DNA from: Tubiluchus corallicola
Lineage: Eukaryota > Animalia > Priapulida
Direction of reading: 5' to 3'
Assembly (NCBI GenBank): GCA_030141605.1
Contig: JAQGDQ010000414.1
Location: 141,039-205,038, forward strand
Length of the DNA: 64,000 bases
Shown: positions 39,033-52,215 of the stretch, one piece after another
Position numbering within the stretch: position 1 is the stretch's first letter
Layout: each line of letters opens with the position of its first letter
Notes under the pieces: model-generated
Databases searched by the model: none
What the model was told of the DNA's origin: nothing
The model's input: the letters and a program-made list of their open reading frames with translations, nothing else
Position numbers and translations under genes: made by a program

Positions 39033-40500
39033 CAACAGACAGACAGGCAGATAGCATAACCTTCATTAATTAACATTAAAACAATACACGCACAGGAGTA
39101 CGATGTACATTGTACAATGTGAAAAATCCTGCACACTGATTGGGCAGTCAACAGAGAATGACTTTCTTGTTCATTTTTTCTTGTTTTCGAGCAAGATCCT
39201 GCTAATAAATCACTCTTCGCACAGACTAATGCATACTTAAGTAAAGTTCACATAAAACAACTGAAGCTACTGGACTGATGCGGCAGACCGCTTTGCTCTG
39301 CACACATGTCAGGTAACAGTTGTAGTTAAGATGCGTTGCTGTGGTACACTTATCTTTTGACCTGCAATAACTGCGCGTGCACACAACTTATTGCTGAGCT
39401 TCTAAAACCAAACTCAAGCGAAGAAAAAATTGAACAGTAGGGATTGACTCTTAATCAGAACCGGAAAACTTTGGATTACAAGTCCAATGCCACGAACCTT
39501 ACTAGTGCTGCGACCAGAAGAGCCCTGCTAGTCTAGTTACAATGTAGCGTTGTAATCCAAAGCTCGGTAGTTCAAATCTCGGCAGTCTGTTTTACATTTC
39601 TTTTCCTTTAGTCATATGAAGTTCTTAAAACTTGTCAGCGGACGAGTTCCATCATTAACTGGGACTTTTAGTCTTTTAGTGGTGATGCTGCGTTTAGCAC
39701 AGTGATGACGGACGGTATTAGTCTCAATGGCAGCACCAGCATCATCAGTGAGGAGCCAATGATAATAACGACAACATTGATTAACTGGCGATGATGCTAA
39801 ATAACTTTTAATCTGTTGCCACCGTGCTGTAGTTTTATAGGATATAGGCAAGTTTATTGATGATGATGATGATGACGATGACGATGACGACGACGACGGC
39901 GACAATGATGAAGATCACAACGGCGGTGAAAACATACTAAATGTGACAGTTGGAAGTAGAAACTTGCTACAATAAGGACGCACAAGCGTTTTGCCCTATC
40001 GTACAAAAGTAAGCAAAGGTGCTAATTAAAATGAAGCCATTTACATCAGTAACCCAATACGTTTCGTATACACGCACATAATAGCGTGTTAACGTTAAAT
40101 AGTCCTACTCGGTTTTAATTAACAGACACATAACTCTACATCGGTGAGCACAATATGTATTATGGTCGCTATGGCAACCACCAAGAAGGGTATTCAGGAC
40201 GGATAAAAGGGCGGTAGAGTTAGCCCATTGTTGCTTGCATGAACCCACTGAGGTATTCATGTAACTTATATCGTGTATGGCGTGCGTTGCACAACTGTTT
40301 ACTTAATGAGCACTGGGTAATGACTATCCTTTATAACAAGAAAAATACGAAATTTTTGATTTTTGAAATAAAAATAACAGCCAGCACCCACTTAAGCAAA
40401 GACGTGGCTTTTATTTAGACACAATATCTGCAACGTTTCGACACAGTTAAGGTTGCACATGAAGAGCAACAACAAATGAGATGGTTTCATTTTACACTAT

Positions 40501-40815
40501 ACAACGACACTCAGTAGAGCGCAGACCTCCACCACAGCACGCAAATTAATTTCGAGCACCCTTTCTTTTAACAATTTTCCTGCAGCGCCATATTGTAACG
40601 TCACAAAGAATTTTCCCATAAAACCTGTAGTTAATCAATAAAAATCGATTTTCTTTAGCAGTTCTTAATTGATAGTTACCAAAATTTAGTAAATTGTTTC
40701 TTGTCCCATGCCCCATTCCACCAGAAAGTTTCGTGGAAATTAGTTAAGTAACTTTTACGTAATCTTACTAGCGGTCAAACAAACAAACAGAAAAATAAAC
40801 AAACAAACGACGGTC
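40501..40815 (+). mobile_element. Second HINE/Helentron-like non-autonomous element, 3' end missing
   Basis: Starts ACAACGACACTCAGTAGAGCGCAGACCTCC; core AAAGTTTCGTGGAAAT..TTTTACGTAATCTTACTA followed by (AAAC)n; matches a recalled widespread aquatic-animal repeat. Confidence 0.55.
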
Positions 40816-42280
40816 TGACAATTACCAAGCTCAATTTTACTTTACCTATTTAAAACATAATCACATTTGTTTAATGCGTAATATCAAAATAAAATAAAAC
40901 TATAGAAAAATAACATAGAACATAGACTCTAGAAAAAGATATACACAAAACTAATGGTACCAGAAGTTTATGAAAATTATTACGCCATTTAACAGTTTTC
41001 ACTTTTCTATCGATGTCAAGTCGATGACCTCAATTCTAAATCATTTATGAGCCTTTTCTAAATTACACTGCCTATAGGACATTTCGCTCGAAGTTAATTT
41101 GGCTAATTTTGGATATGAGTTACCTATAGCGGCATGTACAACTCAACCTAAATGAAAAAGATTCTGTTGGAATTTGTTCTGGGTTCGTCCCTTTTTTTAT
41201 TAGGAAGACACGTCTGTATTTTGCTAAACAGAAACTTGCTAGCTGATTTGTTCTGATTGCTCACTGGCTGCGCGATGGTAACGAAAGATCATTTATTTTT
41301 AGATTGATCAAAAACAATGCAGCGCTTATTTATAAAAAGATAGTTGAATCCTACTGTAAAGTCTTGGACTTGACATTCATAGTAGCACAGCGGAGTGCAG
41401 AGTATTGGCTTCATGTATATTATTGTGTTCCTGGCAAGCACCCTTATAACGCCTAGATCTAGCTAACATTGTTGGATTGTTCTGACTCGCTGGTAATAGC
41501 TTTAACAATAGTTAATCAACACTATTATTTCGCTCACAAGTCAACTAATCTTGCTTGGCTTCTCAATTACGCACCTCGTCCAGACGCAACTCGTCGATAA
41601 TGCAAGACTAGCACATCAGCACAATGAGGTCTGGCAAAAAAATAAAAACTATAGATGAAGTATTTTTGACCCTGTCTTTTTGCTCTAAAATTCTTTAGAC
41701 TTGGATCAATGACTTGCCCTGCTACAGCAGAGTACAAAAATTCACAAAAAATTTTAATTATCCTAACTAAGTTTATAAACTATCCCACTTGCATTTGTAA
41801 ACTGTTACAATTATATTGATACCATATTTAAGCTTCTGTACACGTAAACAAAAGTTGATGTGTATATGTTTTATTTTACTCTTGCAACTAGCATTGTGGC
41901 GAACAACTAATTAATTAACTTCAAAAGAGTTGTTACCATGCAGTACACTCGAAGGTTTATTAATTTAATCATTGATTTCATTTGAAAATCTACTCTTTTT
42001 TTAAATTATTCTATTAAATTTGTATTATTTGCTGAATGAAAATCAATAAATTTTGAATTCTAAGAACAACAAGCGCCTATCGTCCCTAGTAGCTTACTAA
42101 CAAAATCCAGAATGCAAGTTTTGCCCATACGTTTGATAATCTGAAAACCGACTTAATTTTGAATTCTCGCTAATGTTCGTCACTCAAGGATTGTCGTAGA
42201 ACTGAGTATTTAATTCAGCCTGTGGGCTGCACACCCAAGCCGTAGTTTTACATTGAATATTCCTATTCTTTTGCATTTAA

Positions 42281-42780
42281 AGGAAAAGCCAAGTCTTCTG
42301 GAAAGTTAGTCTTACTTCAGTGTTCGCGAAAAGTGTTAGAAGAATTTAGTAATAAAAGTGTGATAAGCACCTGGATTAATCAGTAATATCACTCTAAAGC
42401 CCGGATCATTTCACACTTGAACACTCCCATATTGAAGGCCCATTCTCCCACCAATGACATCATTCATCGGCTGAATAATAAGTGTTTATAAAAACTTAGA
42501 TAACTAATTTTGTGACATTTTTGCACGAACATTAAGATGCAGAAATTTAAATTAGTTTAAACAGTGCGAGCTCACGAAGTTTACCAGTTATATCATAATT
42601 TTCAAGTAAATAGCGGCCACCACCTCGCTTGAAAAATTCTATACAGCAGTAGTATAAATTAACTTGATGCTTTATGGACAGTTTTTTGTCAATTACTTTG
42701 TTGCATTTTTTCTGTGATGAGTAATAAGTCTAAGTGATAACGGTAAAATAAGAAAACCTGCCAAATGAGTGTCATTTCCT
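42281..42780. mobile_element. Kolobok-like MITE, 500 bp, TTAA-flanked
   Basis: TTAA|AGGAAAAGCCAAGTCTTCTGG at 42277 and CCAAATGAGTGTCATTTCCT|TTAA ending at 42784; imperfect TIRs. Confidence 0.55.
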
Positions 42781-44180
42781 TTAAAGCTTTGCATGTAAGG
42801 AAAAATATAAAATGGCATCTCTTATACGTAGATACGCTATAGACACGTGATTATAGAACAATTCGCGAAAATAAGGACTGTTTTTCAATGCTGTCTCCAA
42901 ACTTAAACCAAACGCTGAATCGAACCCACGCTGCTTCTAGATATATCACTTTAGTTGTCCAGATTTTTGGGGCGTCCTGTATAATGTCATCACCACTGTG
43001 AGGCGGCTGCAATAACAGTTACATTATTGGCTTCGTGATGACAACGATTTAAGCGCTGGAATAAAAACATTAGTTTAGAACCACAAGAGTGATTTTTTTA
43101 GTCAACAAAGTATAAACTAAACAGTAGCAAACAACGAAAAGGCGGCAAACAAAACATGGCGTCGGCTGCCTGCTACACGAGGGCCATTGTTCTGGTATTA
43201 TTCTTCGAAGACGGTACACATTCCAAGCGATTCTTATTGAGGAAAATAGACAAATATTGATAGTGATGTTTAGGCAGTCTCGAGCCTGTTTAGCCACCAG
43301 CTTTTTCACATTCCAACCATTGAAAATCTTTTTGCAACTCCAAGATCTTGCCAAATCTTAGCTAAGAATGTAACAATTCCCGTATTGTCCTTTCTTAGCA
43401 CCTTTGTGTTGAGAATCTCTCGAGCACAAACATTGTAACAAGTGAAAACAGTACATTGAGTGACTACAAAGTCAGGCAACTGTCAGCTTGTGCAAGATGG
43501 TGAATGAAAAAAGCTGATTTTGCCCAATTTTCTCTCCTTTGTTCTTAACAAAACAAACTTGATCAAGGGCGGGCGGAATGGCTTAAACTCGTTCCAACAC
43601 TGATAAATATTGTGAGATGGAATTTGCCTTTGAATTTACCAACTAGGTGAAGAAAAAAATGGAAAATCATGGTATTTATTCTTGTCAAAGGGGCATTGAA
43701 TTTGTATTATTATTGGATAATTAAACAACGAGGTGAAGAACCAAGGAAAAATGTGCTAAAAAGGAAAATTCAAGAAATCGACAAAAAAGTCATGAAAAGA
43801 AAGCAGTGAAAAAGTTTGAATGCAGTGGCCAAAGATGAAACTAGCTACATAGTGGATTTGTTGTTATTAGCTTTTTGCATAAAACTAATTAAAAAGTCGA
43901 ATTGCATGTCTTCCTCTTAGACTTCTTTGTCTCAGTTTTAAAGTTTGCTCTAAACGGAAACTGATCAGTAATTCACTACAAATCTTTAGACTTATTGTTA
44001 GCAATAAATTTATGACTGAAATTTGCCAATATTTTCTGCGAGCAGTAATGAGGAAAGCTTATCTGTCACGGTCTGATGGTTATTGTTGGCACCGACTCGT
44101 GTGCTTAAATTAGCTTGTTTATTATAAAATAGTTGCACAAAGTTGTAGTAAGAAATATTCGTAATCGTGAGAGATAGTGC

Positions 44181-44215
<35 letters not shown>
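44181..44215. repeat. (GAT)n microsatellite
   Basis: Directly visible. Confidence 0.95.
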
Positions 44216-46154
44216 ATCCTATAGGTGTGTTGGACTGGTGGTAGTGGTGGTGGTGTTGCTGTCGTTGCCGTGGTCATTGTAATTGGTTATTGGTGACGGC
44301 TGTGACAATAATGACAATGGCAATATGACGAAGATAAGAATGATATAATAGTGATAGCTATGACGATTCTGAAAATGACGACAACCATGTCAGCTTAATT
44401 TGTTCTCATGAAGTCCGTCAGTTTGTCATTAACAAAGCTCTCTGTCAGAAAACAGGAAATCCACTTGACAAGACTTAGCAGGGCAAATGTGTTGCCGTCT
44501 CCTCTTTAGCGGAGGTTACATTAAGAGGAGTATAGTGTCTCTTGTAGAAATTACGCACAGCAATCCAATTGTGCCACACAATTACGCCAGTAAGAAGCTT
44601 GAAGAAACGTGTGATGTGATCACTGTTTGAAGTGGTTTAAAAGCACATAATACCGACAATGAAAGCAGAAGGTTACAATCTAATACTTGTAGTCTAATTG
44701 AGAAGCTTAAATAACTGATGACACTGAATTTGACATGTTCTTCGCGGCTTGAAAGAGAATCTGTGAGGGCGGGCCTACCATCAATTAAAACATTTTGTGA
44801 TTTTTTTGCTAAGTACCTGTGTTTGTCCTGTCATTTTACTGAGTAGAAAAAGAAATAAATGATATAAATCAATATTACCTACCCCTAGATGTAAAACTGA
44901 GAGATTCAAGAACAGTTTTATCTCGTTTTGTTTATTTATTTTCCTAACATAACTTTAAACTCATTTTAACTTATTTCGTTCATGTAACAGTGTAACAGTC
45001 TAGTCGCTGTATGTTCTACCTAGCTTATTCTTTTAAAAAAAATTATATTTCCTAATTTTATGCTGCAATTCAAACTTTTGATTATAATGATGATAAATGA
45101 ACTTATATACTATATAGAAATCAATACTAAAATATTTTTCATTTCTGTTGATTGTCTTAATACACACGTTCACCTCTATATCTGATGCGCAAAAATTAAT
45201 GTAAAACTATTATTCTTCTAGCAGAGTCTGTCTTTTTGTCAAACAGGAGCTACAGAAATATAAAGGACGTTAATTTAATCAATGAGAATACAATTTGAAG
45301 CAAACTCAGTTTAATCAATTTGAAGACCATAAACAATAAACTTTGTGCCAACCATAATGTTAAAGCTGCATAACACATTTTAATTTTTTATTAGTAACAA
45401 TTAAAGAGTACATCTATACACAATTTCGTGTTAAATTGAGAAATGAAAGAAGTTTTACTGTGTAGCAAGTTGAACACGTTTCAGCACTCGGAATTTCATT
45501 CTACACACGGGCAGAAAAACTTAATGAAAAAATGCTTATAAGGCAAATAAATTATTCCTCAAAAGTGTTTTATTTATCGTTATTCAAGTTGAGTAATTCA
45601 AAATACCGATCTTAAAAAGTGATTACGTCATTACAATCATAAAAAACAAAAGTCATAAAAAACAGTTATTACGATCAGTCAGTTTAGCTGACAAAGTTTC
45701 TAAATCTAAGTAACTAAGTCTCGTAACTGAGCAATCACGAAAAAGTAGTTTGCCTTGTTTCTATATTAAAAATATGTTTCATGACTTTATACTGTATTTA
45801 ACACAAGCTCAAGACAATGCTGAACACTGTGTGTGTGTTTCTTAGAAAAAGTCAAATTACATAGATATTATCTTCACAAAATATGTATGATCGGCTGCAA
45901 TGTTACGCAACGAACTGCCTATTTTAACAATAAAGTAAAAGTGAAAGTGCAAAGTAGAGTTGTCCATGAAATGCATGGGAAGAGGTATTTAGATCAGTAT
46001 CATTAGAAATTCTCAATTCAAGGCTATGTCAGCCAAGAAAAGTGATTTACTGTTTTACACTGATTGTTACTGCGATATCATACGTCATGTATAGAATCTG
46101 TTTTGAAAATCAGAGGTCAATGTTTACAAACAAAAATCTGATTTAATCTTCGTA

Positions 46155-46788
46155 GAGTGGCATAGCAAATGCGTGGGGCGCCCGGGGGCAAAAAAGCTTC
46201 TGGCGCCCTACCTTTCTAATATTTTGATCATTTGTTTCGTGGACGAAGCTGCAAATTATTGCGTTTTTTGTGCCTGAGCCCCACTTTCCTTTCGACATAA
46301 CTGGTTAAAGATCAACGATTTTTTCCAAGAATAACCCTGAGTCTGATTTGCGGCACTGCAGAATAACTCTTTTCTATGCATTAGTTACGCTTAACACGAC
46401 AGTCCTTAAACTTTCAGCTCCAGCACTAAAACGTACAAATATTATGAAAGATACAAAACACTGCAGATTTTCAATAATGCAATCCGTATTTAGAGAAATG
46501 TCACTGTTTCTCCTAAAATTACCGATCTGCTAAGCCACACAACACTCTACACACGCCTTTAAGCAGCAACATTAGCCTTTTTTCTAGGATATATGTAGTA
46601 ATTAAGCTACGATGATCTCTAACTAGGCAATTTTCTTGTTGTTTGAAAACTTTTGTTAATTATTTTGTTAATGTCGGATTATTAATTAATAATTAACAGT
46701 CATTGAATTCTAGAAAAAAAATTGCATCCTCCCACCGTTATCGCCTGGGAGCGATTGCCCCTGCGTCCTCCACCTTGCTACGCCTCTG
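46155..46788. mobile_element. hAT-like MITE
   Basis: TIRs GAGTGGCATAGCAA / TTGCTACGCCTCTG (consensus CAGTGGCGTAGC); GC-rich GGGGCGCCCGGGGGC and GCCCC subtermini; imperfect 8-bp flanks TCTTCGTA / TCTTCATC. Confidence 0.7.
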
Positions 46789-46899
46789 TCTTCATCCATA
46801 AAGGACTGGTATACGGTTGGTGGAAACATTTAGGTTTTTCGACTTTCCGAACACTTTAGCAATGTACAGTATCGGATCAGCACCTAACGCCATAACGCT

Positions 46900-46955
46900 A
46901 CTCAACAAACAGAAAGTCTGGGTTCAATTCCCGAGTGACTTCGGATTTTTTTCGG
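46900..46955 (+). mobile_element. tRNA-derived SINE-like head
   Basis: GGGTTCAATTCCC B-box followed by TCGGATTTTTT, as in 31640-31700. Confidence 0.45.
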
Positions 46956-49900
46956 TCAGACAATGGCCCCACGCAGTAATACCATTAAAATCAGTCGTTT
47001 TCTAACACAGGTTATTCCTTATTAATATACAGAGGTATTCATCTGTTTTGCTGTCTGTCTTTATTCTCTTTCTTAGCCATCCTTACAGGTCAACAATAAT
47101 TATTGCTACCTTAACCAGCTAGCTTCATAAATAATCAGCATAATATATACAGTTAATAACGTTGTTTAGAAAACAATTACACAATTACTGCAGACAGATA
47201 ATTCACCACAGCAACACATTACAAACAATTGTGCATTATGGAGACTTAACTAGAAGATTATGTTGGATTATTATTGACCAAGAGTATAATGTTCGCCAGT
47301 AAGGCTATAAGGTAACATGCTGCCTCAAGGCACGTCGTGCACAAACAGATAACTGTTGTACAAAATCCTCTTAAACGCAAGATGTTGCTCGTGATAATAA
47401 ATGCATTGTGATGCATTGTTTAATCTAATAAAGGATACAAGCACCATGAGTTTACCCGTTAAGAAAGTTGAAGATGATATTTGTACCAGAAATTGATATA
47501 ATAATCAACAAAGCACTAGACATGTTTAGTACACGCAATCTGATTTGTTGGTGCATGGGTGGAGATACAATTTTGAGTGTTTTCGTTAGATTTTCGTGAA
47601 AATTAAACAACCCAAAAGCTGTCCAACGATCACTATCCATTTGCTGATGAAGCTTGCATCGTTTAAATTCAGATATTAAGCTCATGTTGCGACTGCACAA
47701 CATTTTTCTTGGGCCTCACTCTTATATTTATTATCTATTTAAATAAAGAAATCACTTTTATATGGCTTGCATATTGGAAAACATGATAAATAATTGGACA
47801 CTTTTATTCGACTTTAGAGCGATATTTGGTCAATTCTTTAGCTGGCCAGTCAGTTGATCAGTCGGTCGACCATGCAGGCTCTAATAAAAAAGTAAGCAAC
47901 AACTGTCAGTCAATCTATAAATCAGTCAGTCAGTTAGTCTGTCTGTCAGTCAGTCAATCAGCCAGTCAGTCAGTCAGCGGTTAAACAGACAAGCAATAAA
48001 CAGACAGCTTCTACTTAGTAAGTCGTCCAAATTTGCAGGCACGCCAAGCAGGCAGAGACAGGAAACAGAGGAACAAGAAATGTGGTGGGAATGCGAGAAA
48101 AAATCGGGTTAGGAATTCTAAAACCTTATGTGCAAAACCTTTAGTTTTGTTCTCAAGCAGGTCCGAAGTCATGAAGAAAACAAACGCATTGTCAGAAGCT
48201 GAGAAAGATTTTCTGATTTTCTTTAAAAACTTCTTGCAAAAGTTAGCGCCCAGCTGCGCAACGTGCTTCGGGGCATGGGAACACAAAGGTTACCTAAAGA
48301 ATGACGCTATTGTCACAGTTTATTGTCGGACTGCATTTTTCCACTTCTCTACTTTAGCGCCATGACTGCTGCCAATTGTAAACCTTGTGTATTATCAGCT
48401 TTTTAAAAAGTTTCCTGTCTATTGTAGAGCGCCGGACAAGGCCAAGTTTTAATAGGTCCGTCAGTTTTAGTTAGTATACATGAACTTCGCTGCATAGGGC
48501 CAAGCTATATTTCAAATCAACAACCACAAACATTATTATGGCCTTATTGCTTTCCAGGGAAATTCCTTGGCACCGTTAATAACCACACCCCGTCCTTGTC
48601 GAAGTGTAAGGAGTGTAAGTGTATGAAAAACTTATCACTTGCTATGTATTAGAAACATTGTAGAGCAGTAGGCCCGTTATATGAAAATTGCGTGTACCGA
48701 TTTTTCAGAATTCACTATAGTAAAAGAACATTTGTTTCCTGGTGTTTTTAACTTGCCGTATTTACATATTTTGTAATATAGCTACGGCCATCCCAAATCT
48801 AAGGAATACAGGACAAGCAACCACAGTGAATTATAAAAACTGTGTGATTTCCGTCGTTTGTGGCAAAAACGAAATCTGTCGTGTACTTTTTTTCATGTAC
48901 AGAACTACATCGTCGCAAAAAGGCTTCATTTGTCGTATGGGACCACATTTATGAAGTTGAAATACGAACACGAAAAAGTACGAGGTCCAGAATGATACAA
49001 ATTTTAAAACTAAATTGTTATTTTGATATTATTCACAAGGCAAATTAGATTGCATTATTGTTTTTTGAAGCAAAGATATTTCATTTAATAGAAAATCAAA
49101 TTCTGAAAACATTCTTCGTAAAAAAGGTATGAAAAGAAAAAACTAGATTTCGAAAATCAACCTGAGCTGCATCTAAGACTATAGAAGAAAGACTTATTGA
49201 AATAACATGTGGGTATTGATAATCGGAACCACCTTAGAAATGTTGAGTTACTTAAGGTGTTAACCCTGGCCAATGTCCTAAACGATTACACGCTCTGGAA
49301 GAAGATCTCGAAAATTATTTAAACGGAAAGAAAATGGCTTGCAATGATACGGGTCAAGAAGATAAATTTGATAGTTTCAAGATTTCACAAGTTTTGATCC
49401 CGACAGAAAAAAGTGGTGAACTTTTGAAAGAAAATTCCCAGCTTACGATTCTTTAATTCATTATAGGCTATAATTCTGCATGATCTGAACTCAGTTGAAG
49501 AAATATAGATCTAAAAGTTGACATGCCGATAGCAGAGAACTACTTCTGAAAACATCTTTTTCCGCAATTTTTCTAAGACCTTTAGCTTTAGCATGGTAAC
49601 AATTTGAACTTTGAAAATAATATTGATGCTGGAGATCTTGATTGTGTAATGCTTTAATACCTTATCACTCTTTTCCTTTACACACATTGACTCCTTGACC
49701 ATTTAAGAGTGATTCGTCAGTTTAGATGGACTGGTAACAAAATCAGTCTATACTGCTCACTGGACATCAGCAAATCTCAAGCTTTTATGGCCACAGTTAG
49801 TAAAGGTACTGCCAGGCTTAGTCTAGTTGGTTTCTGACTGTTTCGTTGGCCGTCATCTCCATATGTCCCTATCTTTCTAATTTGATTTCGAAAAATACTT

Positions 49901-50094
49901 CTACTGGTTCTACAGGAATTATTTGTCAGCATCAAGCTTGCTCAACTTCGGGGTGTCCAGTAAATGGCAACTGAGCCGCTCATTCACATTTTATTCTCGA
50001 CAAAAGCGCTCAAATGCATAATCTTAAGCAGTCTAATGAGTGTATTTTCCAAATCCCTTACAAACTGTGATCAAACCAAACAATAATACTATTC

Positions 50095-50717
50095 TAAGGG
50101 GCTCGACCTAAATCGCTACTTTTCTGGATGTTGTTGTTATTGTTATTGCTGTTGACGCGGGATGACCTTTTGAAAAAAATTTTGCTATGGATAGTCATAA
50201 AACTTCACGTAGACATGCCAGAATGAATTCTGAATCAACTGATTGTATCCGAGTTTCGATCTGGCATTTTGAATTCAAGATGGTGGCGATAACATCATTT
50301 TCTAAAAAAAGGCCAAAGCTCCGCCAATTCGTAACAGATTATCATGAAACTTTAAAGAAATATACTAGAACAAGCCCCGCATCAATAATAGAGTCGGATT
50401 TTTGATCTACCATCCTGAGTTCAAGATGGCAGCAGTCTATAGGAAAACAGTACAGTGAATTCTACACCGACTGACAGTCGAATTTTCGATTTGCCAACTC
50501 AAATTCAAGATGGCGGCATTGATTTGGATCTTGGTTGCCATCTTGAATTCAAGATGGCAACATTGACACCATTTTCTAAAAAAAACTAACAACCTAAACT
50601 TAAATCTAAACCTGCAAACAAATACATTAGAACAAATTTCACATTTGTTGACGCAGCCTTTTTTCATCCAGTCTCTAGTTTTGCGAACCCGCGACAATAG
50701 TTCGAGTCGAACTTGTT
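50095..50717 (-). mobile_element. Inverted second copy of the 1529-2252 HINE-like element
   Basis: Ends ATAGTTCGAGTCGAACTTGTT (reverse complement of the 1529 end); GCCATCTTGAATTCAAGATGGC cores; (GTT/ATT) microsatellite; CTCGACCTAAATCGCT matches 2209-2226. Confidence 0.8.
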
Positions 50718-51196
50718 AATCTCTACTACGTACTTTCTGTTTTCATCTAACTAGATATTTAATTAAGTATATTTTAAAATCTGCTTCTTATTGAATACTC
50801 TGCTTCTTGTTAATTATTGAATTATTGAAATTTCTGTATTTTTAATGTACCAGTTGTATTTGCGTTGATGTGAAATAAACAATCGTAAACCTTTAATCTT
50901 TCTTTTCTCTTTTGATAACTTAAATAAGATGTTGTATTTAATATTTTTAGAAACCACATACAATTTAATTAAGTATCATTGATTATTAAAATCATTAACA
51001 ACATAAGTGCTCCAAATTCTTATTTAATGTGGAACACGTAAGTAATTTTTCATTTGTATAGCAAGACAAGGGAAAATTAAACTAAGACTGATAAAAACAT
51101 CCTATTGGAATAATAAATTAAGGAGTTATGGTTTCTATGGTTAACACTGACTGATTGTGCGTTGATTAGCATGAAAATTCAGATCTGCTTTTGTCA

Positions 51197-51290
51197 TGCT
51201 GGTTGATAGCTCAAACGGCTAGAGCGTGTGGCCTGGTGACCTGATATCACCCGGTTGTGGGTTCGAATCCTGTCTGACTCACATCTTTTT
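51197..51290 (+). pseudogene. tRNA-like pseudogene or SINE head
   Basis: A-box TAGCTCAAACGGCTAGAGC and B-box GGTTCGAATCC; acceptor and T stems pair poorly; T-run at ~51285. Confidence 0.55.
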
Positions 51291-52063
51291 AGAGCCTTCC
51301 TCCTTCTTAGTTTAACTAATGATTACTACAATTATTATTGTATTGAAAATATATATAGACGATTAGTTTTCCCCAAAACTGCAAGACATGTTCATACAAC
51401 TGACAACTTTAGACAAAAACTTTTAAATAAACTATTACTTACCATTACCCAAATGCCACCGAGTCCTAGTGTGGAAGCCATATTGTTCAATCCAGGCAAT
51501 CACCAATGACAATGACAATGAAACCACAAAATCTCTTTTTGCGACCTGCTCACAACCACAACCACAAACTTTCTGTATGTAGGTACATATAATGAGTATT
51601 GCCTTGTTTTACTTTTGTAATCAATCAAAAAGTGTAAGGCGAGCTCATATATTTTTATTTTCTATGATGTTTCTAAAATCATACAGTTTTCCATAATTAA
51701 ACATTCAGTTGACTGTGTATTGCAAACAAGCTTGCCATACAGAGTTATCTAAATTCCGTTTATTTTAATTCTTAATATATTAATTAAACTGTACAACTTA
51801 TGATGCACTCAATTGACTGTTATTCCAAGCTGCAAGACGGATATTCAGGTAAGAATGTGTGCAACCTAATCATTGAGTTATAAGCAGCTGTGCGGCCAGG
51901 TGTGACTTACCTGACCTCCTGCGTCCCTACAACGTAGCCTTCATACGTCACTGATGAGTTTGAAACTTTACGGCATAATCACTTAAAGTTAGACTTTTAT
52001 TTACATATAGCCAGCCAGTCTTTATAATGCTGTAACAGTAAAACAATAAACAATTACTACTAG

Positions 52064-52215
<152 letters not shown>

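Noticed and set aside
38641-39066. [12 protein letters not shown] repeat ORFs
   Set aside because: (GGAT)/(GGAC) microsatellite.
42962-42982. Tc1/mariner-like terminus ATTTTTGGGGCGTCCTGTATA
   Set aside because: No partner TIR found nearby.
51197-51290. Functional tRNA gene
   Set aside because: A and B boxes present but acceptor and T stems do not pair; kept only as a pseudogene/SINE head.
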